64,000 bases of DNA from Patellaria atrata CBS 101060 (lineage: Eukaryota), in contig MU006094.1 in NCBI GenBank assembly GCA_010093705.1, positions 1,401,550-1,465,549 on the forward strand, given 5' to 3'. A program made the position numbers and the translations under genes. The notes below the pieces were generated by a model. It was not told the origin of the DNA. It saw only the letters and a list, made by a program, of their open reading frames with translations, and did no database searches. Shown piece after piece: positions 23,002 through 35,965 of the stretch (position 1 is the stretch's first letter; the number at the start of each line of letters is the position of its first letter).

Positions 23002-24550
23002 CTATTTGATACTCACCCGGAATACCAGCATTTGATTTAGTAAGTTAAACCCGCTTGAATCCGCAAACGCATCTCTCCCAAAATTTTGATACCCTTCTTG
23101 CGTGATGAAGTCATTATCACTGCTGGCAAAGAGCCAGTACTCTCCCCTATGACCCTCGACCGGTACCAGTGCCAATCCTTCCCATTTCTCATTCAGTAGT
23201 CCCAGTGCATCGTTATCCGTTCCACCATTCAAGAGGCCGAACTTCGCGAGCTCACTGCTTATATTGATGTCGAGGAAACTGCACGTCTCTGCGGCTGTGA
23301 TGTCGGGTTTGAGCACACCAGCAGGAGAAACGGAACCGTTGTGGCCATCGTATGCACCCAGGATGTTTGTAGCAGACGCCAACGAGAAAACATCGATGTG
23401 CCTATATACGCTCTCTGTCTCGTCCTGCCCGCGACCGAAACCGGAGTCGCGCGCCAGAAGCAAGAATCTCCCATCCCCGAGAGCGAGGATTTCGCTTTGA
23501 GCGGCGGTGCGGGGGTTCTTGGTTTCGGTGGGGTCGTTGAAAACGGGAAGACGGACGACGTACTCTCCTACCAATCTGGGTGCGCGACCGTGGCGGTGCG
23601 AAAGGTCGTATTTCAGCAGACGCGCATGTCGTCTCGTGGTCCCGGCGGTGCCTCCATCTTGAATAGTTGCACTTTGAAGCAAGGTGTAAAGAGCTTTCTT
23701 CTCCGGATCATAGGAGAGACCTTCGAAGCCTTGATTGTTGCTACGACCGGAGGTTGGGATTTCTGGTACGGGGACTTGATCGGGATTATAGACAGGAGGG
23801 TTGTTAGAGGCGAAGGATTGCGTACCATTGCGGAGAGGGATGAAGGCTGGAGTTGGACGGATGGCGATATTCATTCGGCCTTTGGACGTAAAGTGGTAGA
23901 TATAGGGTCCGTATTCGTCAGATATCCAGAAGCCGCCACGGGAGTCGAGGACAAGGCCTTCGGGATCTATGGAGACGCGGGTGCCGCCTGGACCATTACC
24001 TCCAAACCCATTACCGGTGAATGTTGCCGCCGGGATGTCTGGGTAGCCTCGGAATTTGAGTACTGTTGTTGGGTCAAGGCCTGAAATTGGAGTCCCCGAG
24101 GGATCTGAGAAGAGAATTGTATCTTCATACTCAAAAGCTAGGTTGGGTGGTGATGGAGACTGAGTTGTAGGAGAGAAGGTTATAGAGAAGATGTGAATCC
24201 GAGGTTGATAAGCTGTTGTCCCTTCCGTATTCCTATCCATGGGCTGTAAACAAAGCGGGATGAATGTTTAAGAACAAGACGACATACCAACCGCGATCTG
24301 GTAGCGCATACAAAGTACCCTTGTACTTCCCACCTCGTATTTTCTTCCAGCTACCTTTTTTGATGGCAATACTGCTCCCCATCGACAGGGTATCCCCATA
24401 TTTATCGGTGAAGTTTGCAGCGACAATGCCGTAACCGGCAAGCTCTTTGTAAGTGAAGGTCTTGCCTGCGCAGCTTGCCTTACTCACATATGTCGAAGCA
24501 GTGGCAATTGGAGCAACAATGATGACTGATAGTAATCGAAGAAAATGCAT
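23002..24550 (-). CDS. Secreted phytase-like / esterase-like beta-propeller protein; one intron at about 24233-24287
   Basis: Signal peptide MHFLRLLSVIIVAPIATAS, LPDRGW|NTEG, DPEGL, FWISDEYGPYIY, NNQGFEGL, AAQSE, EKWEGL and SDNDF. Confidence 0.85.
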
Positions 24551-27538
24551 CTTCCTATAGGACGTAGACAATCTTAGTTAGAGATGCGAGGAGCTAACGA
24601 GTGGCTCCCATGGTGCTGGTGCTGGGACATGCAGGTTTTTGTACTGTACGGTGGCTGGCGATGTTGTAAATTGCTTCTGCGGGACCTGCATCGTTGACGT
24701 TCTGTAAAGTTTATCTAGATTCTGGAGTCAGCTTTGATATACGGCCTGACAGGTGGGTAATCCATCTATTTACGCGGATATTCACACGTGGGGCAACTAG
24801 TAAACGCCCTGACAGGCTGACACTGTTGCTTTTCCACCGAACACATCTCCGCTCGAGGGACTAATAACTGACCATCAGTTACTAGATAGTAGTTCTAACG
24901 AGTGAATGAAAGTATGAAATGTCCACAGCTTGTGTTGAAAATCTAGAAAGAAGAGTAGAAAAACCCAAACAGAAAAGTGGAAGTCTTTACTTGGGCGAAT
25001 GCTGGGTTCAGTTGTTCTCAGACCAATGAAAGGCGTCTCATTACCTTGAGTAGAAGATACCCTGATGTTGAGATGGCGATTGAAGATGATCCATTAATAA
25101 GGTACGAGTACTGAAGTATTTCCAGAGCCCAGGGCCCAGAGCTGTCCAGTACAAACTACTGTATTCTCTGTCTTCTTGATGGAGCTTCAAAACTGCCCTA
25201 GAATAGAATAGCTCTAGTATCATAAATAAAGGGGGCGCTAACTTTAAGCGCTTTTAGGACAGGGAGCTCTTGTTCTGACGTCGCTCAACGGATGCAAGTA
25301 ACCTTATGGGTTCGATCAATGTGCATGAGATCGATGTCGAAGAGGGTACATGAGAGCTGAAAGATCTAAAGGATGCAAGGCTAGATAGCCCTACAATCCC
25401 CTGCAGTGTAGAAGATTACTTTCGAAACTCTCACATTCGGAGCATAGATCAGTTACGCTGATTGATTAGGACCCTAAATTTCTGTCCCTATTTGTTTGAC
25501 TTCGATCAGAGAATGGGAGCATGATGAAAGTGGTGTGGTACGAGTGCAAAAAGTCCGGAATCTAATTCAACACGGAATAGCTATGAGATTCAGCTTCTTA
25601 CATGATAAAAGAAGGCAAACAGTTCCTTGGTGCTCTACACCACATTTCAAAAAGTATGCAAGACTAGAGCAATACTGACTGATGATAACTCTGCCTACCT
25701 GTAAATGCTTTCAGAGCGCTTCGACGTACAGTGCACGGGAGAGATGAGAATATCGCGGTCAAGGCAGCAGGAGCACTATGTGACCCTAACCACGTTCAAT
25801 CCGCATCATTCTACTGCTCAAGCTGAGAATTCGGGAAATTAACTTGTAATCCTGGTTATTATCTTCAGCTGAGAGGATGAGTGTGACAAGTCTACTGTAC
25901 TAAACGAGGAACGTCTTTCAAAAGGAAACAGAGGCTCATGAACCTCCCGTGCGGCTTTGATCATGTGCACTTTGCAGCGATGGATTCCGTAAGACTAAGG
26001 CCCTGTGCTTTCCGGTCAAGAACTGAAAGCATGGCCTCTCGCAGACTAGGTAACACCAAACTCTACTCCAAAGCCGCAGTCAAAAGCCCTGGCTGGGGAA
26101 TTTTGATCCCTAGCATGGAGGTTGGCATGAAGATGTAGGGGCTTGCAAATTTAATATTGTCGCATAAATTTTCTTAGAGCATTCATAGGTCGCAGGTGAA
26201 GAGTCCTTGCACCCAATATCGGAATATTGCAACATCTTAGACTCAGCCGTGCATCATCTACGACATTTCCTAAGTCCTCATTGCTTACTTTTGAAGACAA
26301 GAATCGCCAAATGCCTTACCGGCTGCGAGTTCACCAAAGGTGGCTCGAATAATTGATTCATTTCCTGGCCTATCCAACCGGATACTGGCCGAATGCACTC
26401 GCCCCAGATAAAACACTCCGTTCCTGAATGTGCATCCCCTGGGATATAGCATCTTATCAAGCAACTTTCAACGGAATATTCCCCATGCCGATGTTTCTGC
26501 CAGAAGTATCCTAGCTGTAAACGAGGAATCTGGACTCCAGTGTACGTATTGTTCTTTTGGCTTGGGTCTTGAAAACGGTATGGCGAGGTTCACCGCTTGT
26601 TTGAAATGTTGCTCGGCCACCGGAAGCCAACAAGACATACCAATACTAAGTCCAACAATTCGAGACGTTCGTACTAGCTCTACTATAACGGGTAGATGGT
26701 CGCTAGGTAATCCTGAATCGGTGAGACTCCAACATAGGGATGCATGCGAATATCTGGTGTAGATCGTCAGTCTAGCTGGGATGTTGAAGATATGTAGCTT
26801 TCAGGGTAAAGCGACTGAATCAATTAATAGCAATAATAGGAATGCGAAAGATAGAGTGAGAGTAAAACCTGTTTCTGGGTGTGAGGCGTCCGTACATTGG
26901 AACAGCGACCTGATGCGCCTAGCAGTGACTTGCAAAATAACGCAGGGTGAACTGACAACGACTGTTCGCTTCGATTACAACTTCTTCAACTTGTTTGCTA
27001 TCGTTTGGAACCCTGTGAGCTAAGTCAACTAACTTACTATGGTTTTTTAGCCTCGTAACCTACATTAGATGTAGAGAACAATTCGCCTGCTATGGACTCT
27101 TTGTCCAGATATTAATTTTGGAGAGGAATTACACACCAACGCAGCAGCCGGGAGGGTTTCAGGCTCTTCCAGTCCCCAGTCAAGCCTTGAAGGTGATAGG
27201 AACGATAGAAGGGCTGCAGAAGCGGCAGCCACAGCATCCGGGGTATTTCGATAAAATACGATCAGCATCATTTGCTGGGTTAAGCTAGATACCATCTAAT
27301 TCAGGGGGAGCATTATGCGATGAGGCACTATGCTTGCTTTCCATGCCAGAACCAAGTCATATATAATGCACCGAGATGCCATCAAAACCAATATCTCTGT
27401 CCACAACATCTTATCACATCAAGCTCTATTCTTTGGCGAAGAGAGTACAAGACGTTCCGTGCTCTTCTCAGTGTTACCGTCCCATCGACCATAATTCAAA
27501 CTCTGTTGTAATCTTCATTTTTTATCCACACTTTTGAC

Positions 27539-27862
27539 ATGGCAAGCAAAAATAACGGCTATAATGCTGGCACGGTTATTTCAGACGCACAAAGGGACAT
27601 TGATATCTCAAGTATGCATCAACTGAACGTATGTCACTACAATGCTCTCAGCCAGTAATGACGCCGAAAGGGGTTAATGGTGAAGAATTAGATAATGATT
27701 TGTACCAGCGGCGCTGGCGGGCACGATATGGAAATCCATGCTAGCGCACCCTCACAGAGGAATGAGAATGATGCGGTTCGGTCCAGGTTCAAGGAATCTT
27801 ATGCTCTTGAGAGATACCTAGAAGAGACGAAACATGAGCAACCATGGACCGGGGTTCAATAG
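27539..27862 (+). CDS. Candidate small two-exon gene (86 aa, unknown function), absent from the ORF track
   Basis: TATATAA at 27360 and ATG at 27539. Phase-0 intron GTATGT..TTAAT..TAG at 27629-27691 joins MASKNNGYNAGTVISDAQRDIDISSMHQLN to IMICTSGAGGHDMEIHASAPSQRNENDAVRSRFKESYALERYLEETKHEQPWTGVQ*. Confidence 0.5.
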
Positions 27863-29947
27863 ACAACGATTGGTATGAACCGTAAGAATAATCGACCGGG
27901 AATGGGGATTCAAAAATGATGGTGAAAAGGTCCCTTAACGCAGCCAGAAACTTTCTACGGTCACAAGTTCCGGGGTACTGTAATTAGAGCGAAGGGCAAC
28001 ATATCCGGGATACGAACCGAAAATGGGTCAGCAATGCTGGGTACTCGAGTGCTATTTTTGACAGTTATCCGTACAGTACAGATGCTTCCCTGTACAAAAG
28101 TATTAATGTTCCTTGTTTTTCCATGTACTCAAAAAGGTTTAAAGAGCAGTTTAACTTAGACGAGACATGGCGATGTATGAGAAGAGCATTTCTTTTAAAG
28201 AAATCCATTGAATAGGATACTTTGGTGATACACTTTTGAGGAAGAACCTTTTGATTTTGATTCTTTGATTAAGACATAGGAAGTGAGATAGCCGAAATTC
28301 ACGGTAGTAGAAGGCGAATCCATGACCACAGATACGGAAAGTGATCTATGGTAATTTTGTTCATCTCCTTCCTATAGTGTTACACAAATCAATTTGGAAG
28401 CGAAGGATCTGTCTGTGATGGTGTATCTGCTCAGGGGATGATTGGTTGTTGAGACACCATCTCGCTTGACAGTTGATGGCATTTTGGAGGCGAAAACAGC
28501 GAAGCCAACAACAACTCCAGTTCTACCCCTGTGCTTCTCAATTGTAAAAATGGGAATGAAATGGGCCGGTCCAAAGGATAATGGGATGAGCGAATTTGGA
28601 AAGACATTCCTCCCTTCAGGATCAGCTTGTACCGTACAGCTGAAGTATCTCACTCTTCCTTGAGGTACGGTGGTTTGATTAAGATGGTGCCCGCAAGTTG
28701 ATCTTAGAACAAAAAGATGACAGACATGTCTATAAGATGCAAGGCCAAAGGTAATGGATAGGATGACTTTTAGTTGTTAGGAATACTTGGACTTGGAGAG
28801 AATAGGGGTTCTAAGGTACCTTGGTACTCAAGTGCTGAGTTGCCAAGAGATTATTTGATAAGATAAGATGGTTTTAGATTGGATGATCACGTGTTTCTCT
28901 TTCCATCTCACTGTCGTGTCGTGTAACTACAAAGGTGGTTCTACCTATATACCTATATCGAAACATGAGATGGCTTCTCCAGTTCAAAATCTTAATCCCG
29001 AGTTTCGAATGTTTTATATATATTAAGAGCGGAGATGCAACAATTCTATTTCTTCCCCAGCTTTTTCCCCGTCTTTCATCTGGCGCTAGAACTTCCACCA
29101 ACTCCTCTCAGCCACCGACGAGAATACTGTACCTAAGCTATCATCTAAACTTCCATTTTCCCTGCTTGAGTGCACTTTAATCAATACAGAACAGAATAGA
29201 ACACACTCTTTTTCCTTCTTTCTCTTCTCTCTTTTATTTCCAAGTGCTAGTTCTACCCGACCTTGGAAACTTTGCGGTATTGGAACAAGAATCGCTGCCT
29301 ACCTTGCCTGGGTGTCCCGCCCCTCGTCTTCTACCTACTCTCTGATTCTCTCACGATCCACAAAGCATCCCTAAAATGCATACCTTCTGAAGCAATCCTT
29401 CCAGTCCGAAATATCCTAATTCCTTAACACTTGTACCAACCCGTGCCACCCTTATTCCAGCCGGCTGTGATCATTCCCGATATACAGTAGAACTACAAGG
29501 TATACGTTCGAACAACCCTGGCTCCAGACACTCCTTGAAACAAAGCTGTCCAAAGCGAGCGACAGCACATCCAACCTTAACTTCACGACTTCATTACTGC
29601 TACCTTATCCGTGGTGCTGGTCGCCTGGGTATTTTCATGACAGACGTCAAATCCAGCACTCCATTGAGTTCGCGAGCGCTGCAACACTTCACAACTTTAG
29701 CCATCTCTACCAACATCGCCCCCAAACTACAGCAGAGCGACATGCTAGCTCTTTGAGACGTAACCTGAACGCTGTTCCTCCACGCCTTTTCTTGTGCATC
29801 AACCCGGTTGTGGTGCGGTGCTACTTGATAATCACACAGCCCGCGAGCTGCGATCAACGAACAACCTCCCTTAGCTCCACTACCGGTTCCTACATCCAAT
29901 TTCACTACATATCGGCTCGAGGACAGCTCGAGTCTAAGACGGACGAA

Positions 29948-32900
29948 ATGGCCTACGATCAGAGATCTGCTTACCAACCGCCTCCGCGGCCTTATTATCA
30001 AGAACGACAGAACATGCAGTCGCAAGGCTTCGACATGCGACAACGCCAACAACAACAACAAGAATACTACGATAATAGCGGATATGATAGCTATGGGTAT
30101 GAGGATTATAATGATTATCAAGGCGGAAATGATAACCATAATCAATACGGTGAAGAATACGGTAAAGGAAACTCAGGCCAGCAAGACATACGCCCACAGT
30201 TTGACGATCGAGGCCCGCAAGGAGACGTTCGGGGTCAGTATCGTCCACCTCCGCAACAGCAACAGCGATATTGTGGTCAACGGACAGGCCCAGGACCGCC
30301 AAATCAATATCCTAACGGACAAACTCGGCAGTATGGCGGAGCAGACCGCAATTATCAAGAACCCAGTCAACCCGTAAGCCCATTGGGTAATTACTCATCT
30401 CCATCGTCAAGCCAACCACAGGTTGGAGGAAGACCATCGCAGCAACATGGCCCGGGAAGGGGCCCCCCATCTAGAGGTAGGATGCATGTAAACAAATGAA
30501 TTCTGGATTTCCTTGCGTACTAATAATATCTCAGATCGGCGACCTGCGGTTTCCCCCATATCTCCCGAGGTGCAAAACTTCGACAGCCCTTTCCCCGTCT
30601 TTCCGTCGCAGAAACAAAACCCACACAAGGAGCAATATGCGATCGATGATGGGATGGCCGGGTTAAACCTCGAGGATTATAGAATACCAGATGAAGCACC
30701 GCGCCCAGGCACTGCTGGTCGTACTCGGGCAACCCCCCAACGTCAGCCCATGTATAATGATCAGATTCCAAGATCTCGATCTGCACAAGGCAATCGACCC
30801 TCGAGGGAAGGATCTTTTGGTCATGGCAATGGATATCAGGATGGCCAAGGAGGATACCAGAGACCTCCGCCACAGCAGCAGTGGAGGGAACCGCCCCGTC
30901 CATCGCAGCGACAAATGCGTGGCGGATATCAGAATATGCCGGGCGGCAATCGACCACGGCCTGGGCCGCCATCTCCTTCGCATGCCGCATTTGGTCCAAA
31001 CAGTCAGCGATCTATGACCATGCCACATAGCCGACCTCACGGGCAAGGTTTCCGTCCAGAGCCTCCTGCACAATGGACGGAACCTGGTCCTGCAGCGGGT
31101 TATCATGGACCGGAGTCACCTTCGTACATTCCCCCTCGTCCATCTACCTCTTCGAGCAATCGGCATCAAGGGCTAACGAACCAGAACAGAGGATACAATG
31201 ACGGGCTACCGGAATCTCAGTCTTCACATCCACCGAGAGCTTACGACCAAAATAACGCCCGACGAGGGTCATTGGACGACGTTTACGACACGTACTATGA
31301 TAATCAAGCTCCTGTTGCCCAACAACGCCAAATCTTTCCTCCGGTTACTAGAGAGGTCCAGATTGAGGCTGAGATGCCTAACTTCGAGCTGCAAGCATCG
31401 TCCCGTCCAATGCATCAAAAGCAAGATGCTGTCCCCGTGGCTCAACTTGGGTCTGGCGACAGCTATAACGACTATCACGGTCAGACTCAGAATTCGGAGC
31501 CTAATCAGAAGGAATTCGTCTTTGAGATGCCAGGAGACATGCCGGCTATACTCCCTGTTCAACGGATGAACCCGGGACATATGGAGAGAAACAACGATCC
31601 GTACAGTCATGGGGATGGCAGGAAAACAGCACCTCCTGTAGCTCAAGAGCAAGGTTATTCTCCGCATCCAAATCAACAATTCTACAAACCAGGCTATCCC
31701 CAAATGCACCGTAACGCGTCAGGTCACAGCCAACGGTCAGACCCCGGTCCTCGTCCTCAGGGTGACGGCCGAATGGGACTGCAACAAGAAATGGTGCAAC
31801 GAACACCTTCCGCTAATCAAGGCCAGGGATTACAACAAGGAACAATGCAACGAAACCTTTCCACTAACCAAGGCCAGGGCCTTCCCCATAATGGTCGCCC
31901 TGGTCTCCCTCAAGCTAGACGCTCAAATCCCGATGCTCTTCCTCAACACCCTACCCCTGTTCGTCCCGGATTAATGGAAAGTAATTCTGGCGGGAACTCT
32001 AGACCACCACCTGTGCGTCAGTACGCCACTGATCCCCCACTGTCTAGGCAAGCGACAATGCAATCAAGCGCTCCTGCAAATAGCAAACCTAGCGCTGAGA
32101 GACGGGTATCGGGTCCCGTAACGCAACAGGAACTCGACAACCTCCGCCCTCTTGTCAAATCGGGCTCAGCGGACAACAAGACCCAACTCAAGTACGCCAA
32201 GAAGCTCATCGAGGCCGCCGACGTTCTCACCCGGACCATGGAACAGCGCAGCGCGGCAAAAGCAAGAGAGAGATTCATTCTCGACGCTCATAAAGTGATT
32301 AAGAAGCTCGTTAGCAATGGGTATCCGGATGCTATGTTCTACCTCGCCGACTGCTATGGCCAAGGTCTTCTGGGACTGGCGGTCGACAATAAAGAGGCTT
32401 TCAAGCTCTATCAATCGGCGGCGAAAGGGGGACATGCCCAAGGCGCTTATAGAACGGCCGTGTGTTGCGAGATGGGCTCTGAGGAGGGGGGTGGCACTCA
32501 TAAAGACCCATTGAAGGCGGTGCAGTGGTATAAGCGTGCTGCGGCATTGGGGGATGTCTCGGCCATGTACAAGATGGGCATGATTCTGCTGAAGGGTTTG
32601 CTTGGCCAGCAACGTAACTTGGGGGATGCACTTACGTGGCTTAAACGTGCCGCGGAACGAGCGGACGAGGATAACCCGCACGCTCTCCATGAATTAGGAA
32701 CACTTTACGAGTCACCGGTCCAGAATGACAAGATCATCAGAGATGAAGCCTACGCGTTTTCCCTATTCAAGCAGGCAGCTGACTTGGGCTATAAACACTC
32801 ACAATTCCGCGTTGCTGAAGCGTATGAGCACGGCCTCTTCGGTTGCCCCGTTGACGCCCGTGCTAGCATTGCCTGGTACAGCAAAGCGGCTGCACAAGAG

Positions 32901-33351
32901 GAGCATAATAGCGGGCTTGCACTCTCGGGATGGTATCTGACGGGCGCTCAAGGCATACTTGAGCAGAGCGATACCGAAGCATATCTATGGGCACGGAAGG
33001 CGGCATGTGCGAATCCACCGTTGGCGAAGGCTATGTTCGCGATGGGATACTTTACGGAAACCGGGATCGGGTGTCCGAGGAGTCTGGAGGAGGCGAAAAG
33101 ATGGTACGGAAGGGCAGCTGGTAAGTTTCGAAACCTTCCTTCCTTGGCGCCATTTTACCCACTTTCTTTTTCTCGGCGCTCAGAGTAGAAGGGAGAATAG
33201 CTAGCTGACGGTCTCTTTAGCATACGATTTCCCGAAAGCGAAAGAGAGACTCGAAGAACTGAAGCGCGGAGGCGCAAAAGCACAGAAGAGCAGAGAGAGA
33301 CTGAGCAGAACTAATCAGAAGCAAAATGAAGAGAATTGTGTTATTATGTAA
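29948..33351 (+). CDS. CHS4: Chitin synthase activator with Sel1-like repeats (Chs4/Skt5 family); introns 30477-30534 and 33121-33220
   Basis: Long Q/P/R-rich N-terminus, then GYPDAMFYLADCYGQG, YRTAVCCEMG, AMYKMGMILLKGLLG, PHALHELG and LALSGWYLTG. The final exon ends in the CaaX box CVIM*. Confidence 0.9.
31776..31877 (+). repeat. 51-bp (17-aa) tandem duplication in the Chs4 disordered region
   Basis: GLQQEMVQRTPSANQGQ / GLQQGTMQRNLSTNQGQ. Confidence 0.7.
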
Positions 33352-34812
33352 GGGTCAGAGTGAAAGCACTGCAGATTGCGCGCCAGGCATGAATGGATTT
33401 GGCAATATTCGATCCCTTAGGTGGATATTTGCATTCGCGTGGCGTTGGGGATGATACCCGTGAGTTTGGGGCACGGGTAGGCTGTTAGTTGTCCTTTTAC
33501 TTTCTTTCGACCAATATCCAAGGCCCCGAAGCGTGCTGAATATCGTTACTTCTTCACACATCTTTCATATCTTCCGTGCTTATCTCAGTTTGGTGCTAAT
33601 ACCGCCGACGTCGATATGTCAGTATCTGTGATCCTATCTTATGTTTTCCATTGTACATCTTTCAGCTTGGAAGAGGAAAAGGTAAGATTCAATTCGCTAT
33701 GTGGTACTTCTTTTTCCGATGACATACTACGAGGTCTCTTTCCAACCGGAAATTGTATCAACTCCCCATTTCCATATAGTGGGTGAAGATGGTGTGTTCG
33801 CCGGTAAAGCATTCGTACGCCGCCAAGAACTTTATGCACCCCTTTGTGAGGTGGTGAATGAAAACGGGATGATGCAACTATTATTGAAAAGGGTGTTCGA
33901 ACTCTTCGAACGTATCAATATCCAGAACTTGGGTCGGATATTACGTGACATGACCAGTGATGGCAAAGGAGAACTGTACATCAGATTGTATATTAGGTAT
34001 CACGTACGCTGTACAGGAAAGGGGAATTCGTGAAGAGGGCCGAGCTACGGGTTCAGGGGTAATCCTCAGTGTAGGAATTTTCCCTTTTAAACTCTTCGTA
34101 TGCAATGCGGAAGATTAATGCAAGGGACCTGAGAGGGATTTGTACAATCTATACAGTGTGTATTCTTTATATCGCGTCGGGGATAGCTACTTAGGATGGT
34201 CGGTGGTGAACTTTTCTCCGTCCGAGTCGAAGGGGAGATCCACATGGACATACTCTCGGCAGGTACGCTGGCTGGAACGCATCGCGCACTTGGGTCACGA
34301 ATCTGTACATCGTGGCTTTGTACAACTTTATATACTAGCTGCGACATATGTTTGAGACAACCGACACCGTACGTTTGCAGGTCCGAGGCCGAACGAGAGA
34401 GCGGTTCCAAAATCCTTCAGGAAAGTACGGCGGCACGGATCAGTTCGTGCAATTGAACTAGGGATCTGTATTAGCGGTTTCGCACCGCATTATACGGATC
34501 TTTTGATAAGTGCTAAAGCTCCTTGGGAGTGTACTTCTGCAAGACTAAGATTCATAAGGTACCTGTCTCTAAGAATTCTAAAAGCAGCACAACCGGCGAT
34601 GTGAATAATACCATAAGAGCAACAGCATATGCCCGACCGGAAATCCATGACTTCACTTTTACAACCATAGCTCCTAGTCCATAAAGACCTGTATCTTCCC
34701 CTTGAATCTATCTCGCGCAATTGCATCACTAATCGAGCTATCAAATTTCCATCAACTCCCACTTCTTATCCAATCTCTTATTTCCTAACGGCAGTTTCCC
34801 CACTCCAATACC

Positions 34813-35145
34813 TTAACCCCTTCCCATAATCACCTCGACCACAATCCCAGCAGCGACTAGACTCAGCACAATGGCCCCGACGATCCCATGCCCTAAAGCC
34901 CATTTCCGCCATCGCCTACCCGGCACAGCGATAGGACGAAATGCGCAGTCAGCACTTGAGCATGCACACGCCTCTAGGTCGGATAAGCTCGCGGCGTTTG
35001 ATGTAAGAGTTGGAGGCGAGGTGCGGCCGGGAGAGGACTCAAGAGCGGGAAGTGGGATTAGAGCGATGACCGGGTGCGTGGGCTTCCGTGAGCTGTCAAT
35101 TTGTACGGTCTGAGAGGTTGAATGTATGGTGAGGTAGGATCCTAA
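34813..35145 (-). other. Open frame encoding a possible tail-anchored membrane protein C-terminus; start exon not identified
   Basis: 110 stop-free codons ending ..SLSDLEACAC..PGRRWRKWALGHGIVGAIVLSLVAAGIVVEVIMGRG*. No in-frame ATG near the start; possible TAG acceptor at 35142. Confidence 0.3.
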
Positions 35146-35965
35146 TCAAGGTACAGACCTTCTGATTGCCTGGAAGAGTCCTGTGAGTCTGGATCGTACT
35201 GGAAATAGTAGATGGTGGTAGTCGAATCCCGTAGAGCGTTCTCTTCGTACTGTGACGGTGGGAGAAAGGAGAGGCAAGTATCTCAATCCTAGACTCAATA
35301 TCAAGCCGGCCTGATGGTGTACAAGGCCTCTCTACCGAGTCCTTAATCCTGCTTGGCTGCTTGAATACTAAAACCAGTTTGGTGTTTCTCGAGCTTTGCG
35401 ACACGTAATGGCATCAGTTGGGATGGCCGACGAAAGGATACAAAGAGATAAAAGTTGGTGATTTGCGTTCTCTCTGGATATACTTATCAAGGAGATAGAT
35501 TTCTGAAGAGGATTGCTGTAGAATCGAAGTACAAATTAGCAGCAGTTGAACTCTGAATGATGAGGGTTATACTTGGTATATGTAGTCTATTTGGGAGAAG
35601 GTACAGTACGATGCTAGTGGTAATGAAAAGTTTAATACTATAACAACAGCAAAAATTAAAATGAAAAGCCAGAAAGTACCTAAGGAACATTTGCAAGAGT
35701 GTTGAGGATGACAGTCCAAAAACGGCGGCTGTGCGTAATTATCACTACCAGTTGTCGAACTTGTCAAAGAGAATAGTGATGAGCACAACGCAACCGAAAC
35801 TAAGACATACGCAAGACCATAGATGATATGTAAAATGAAAAAGCTTTTCTCCTCTAATTACACACCAGGGGTTGCTTCAAGATGTGTAAGTAAATTAACA
35901 AATTGCCATACAGGAAAAGGAGTAAGAGACATCGTGAACAGCAAACAAGATCAGGGGGGCACTTC

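Noticed and set aside
23341..24084. 247-aa plus-strand ORF and similar long antisense ORFs over Chs4, POP1 and GT2
   Set aside because: They are shadows of well-supported genes on the opposite strand and carry no motifs of their own.
33600..34460. Protein-like fragments, including minus-strand IKFLAAYECFTGEHTIFTHYMEMGS resembling kinase subdomains IV-V, and plus-strand ORF 33701-34033
   Set aside because: The fragment is flanked by stops, no HRD or DFG motifs were found, and no coherent gene model emerges. It could be a relic but cannot be supported without a search.
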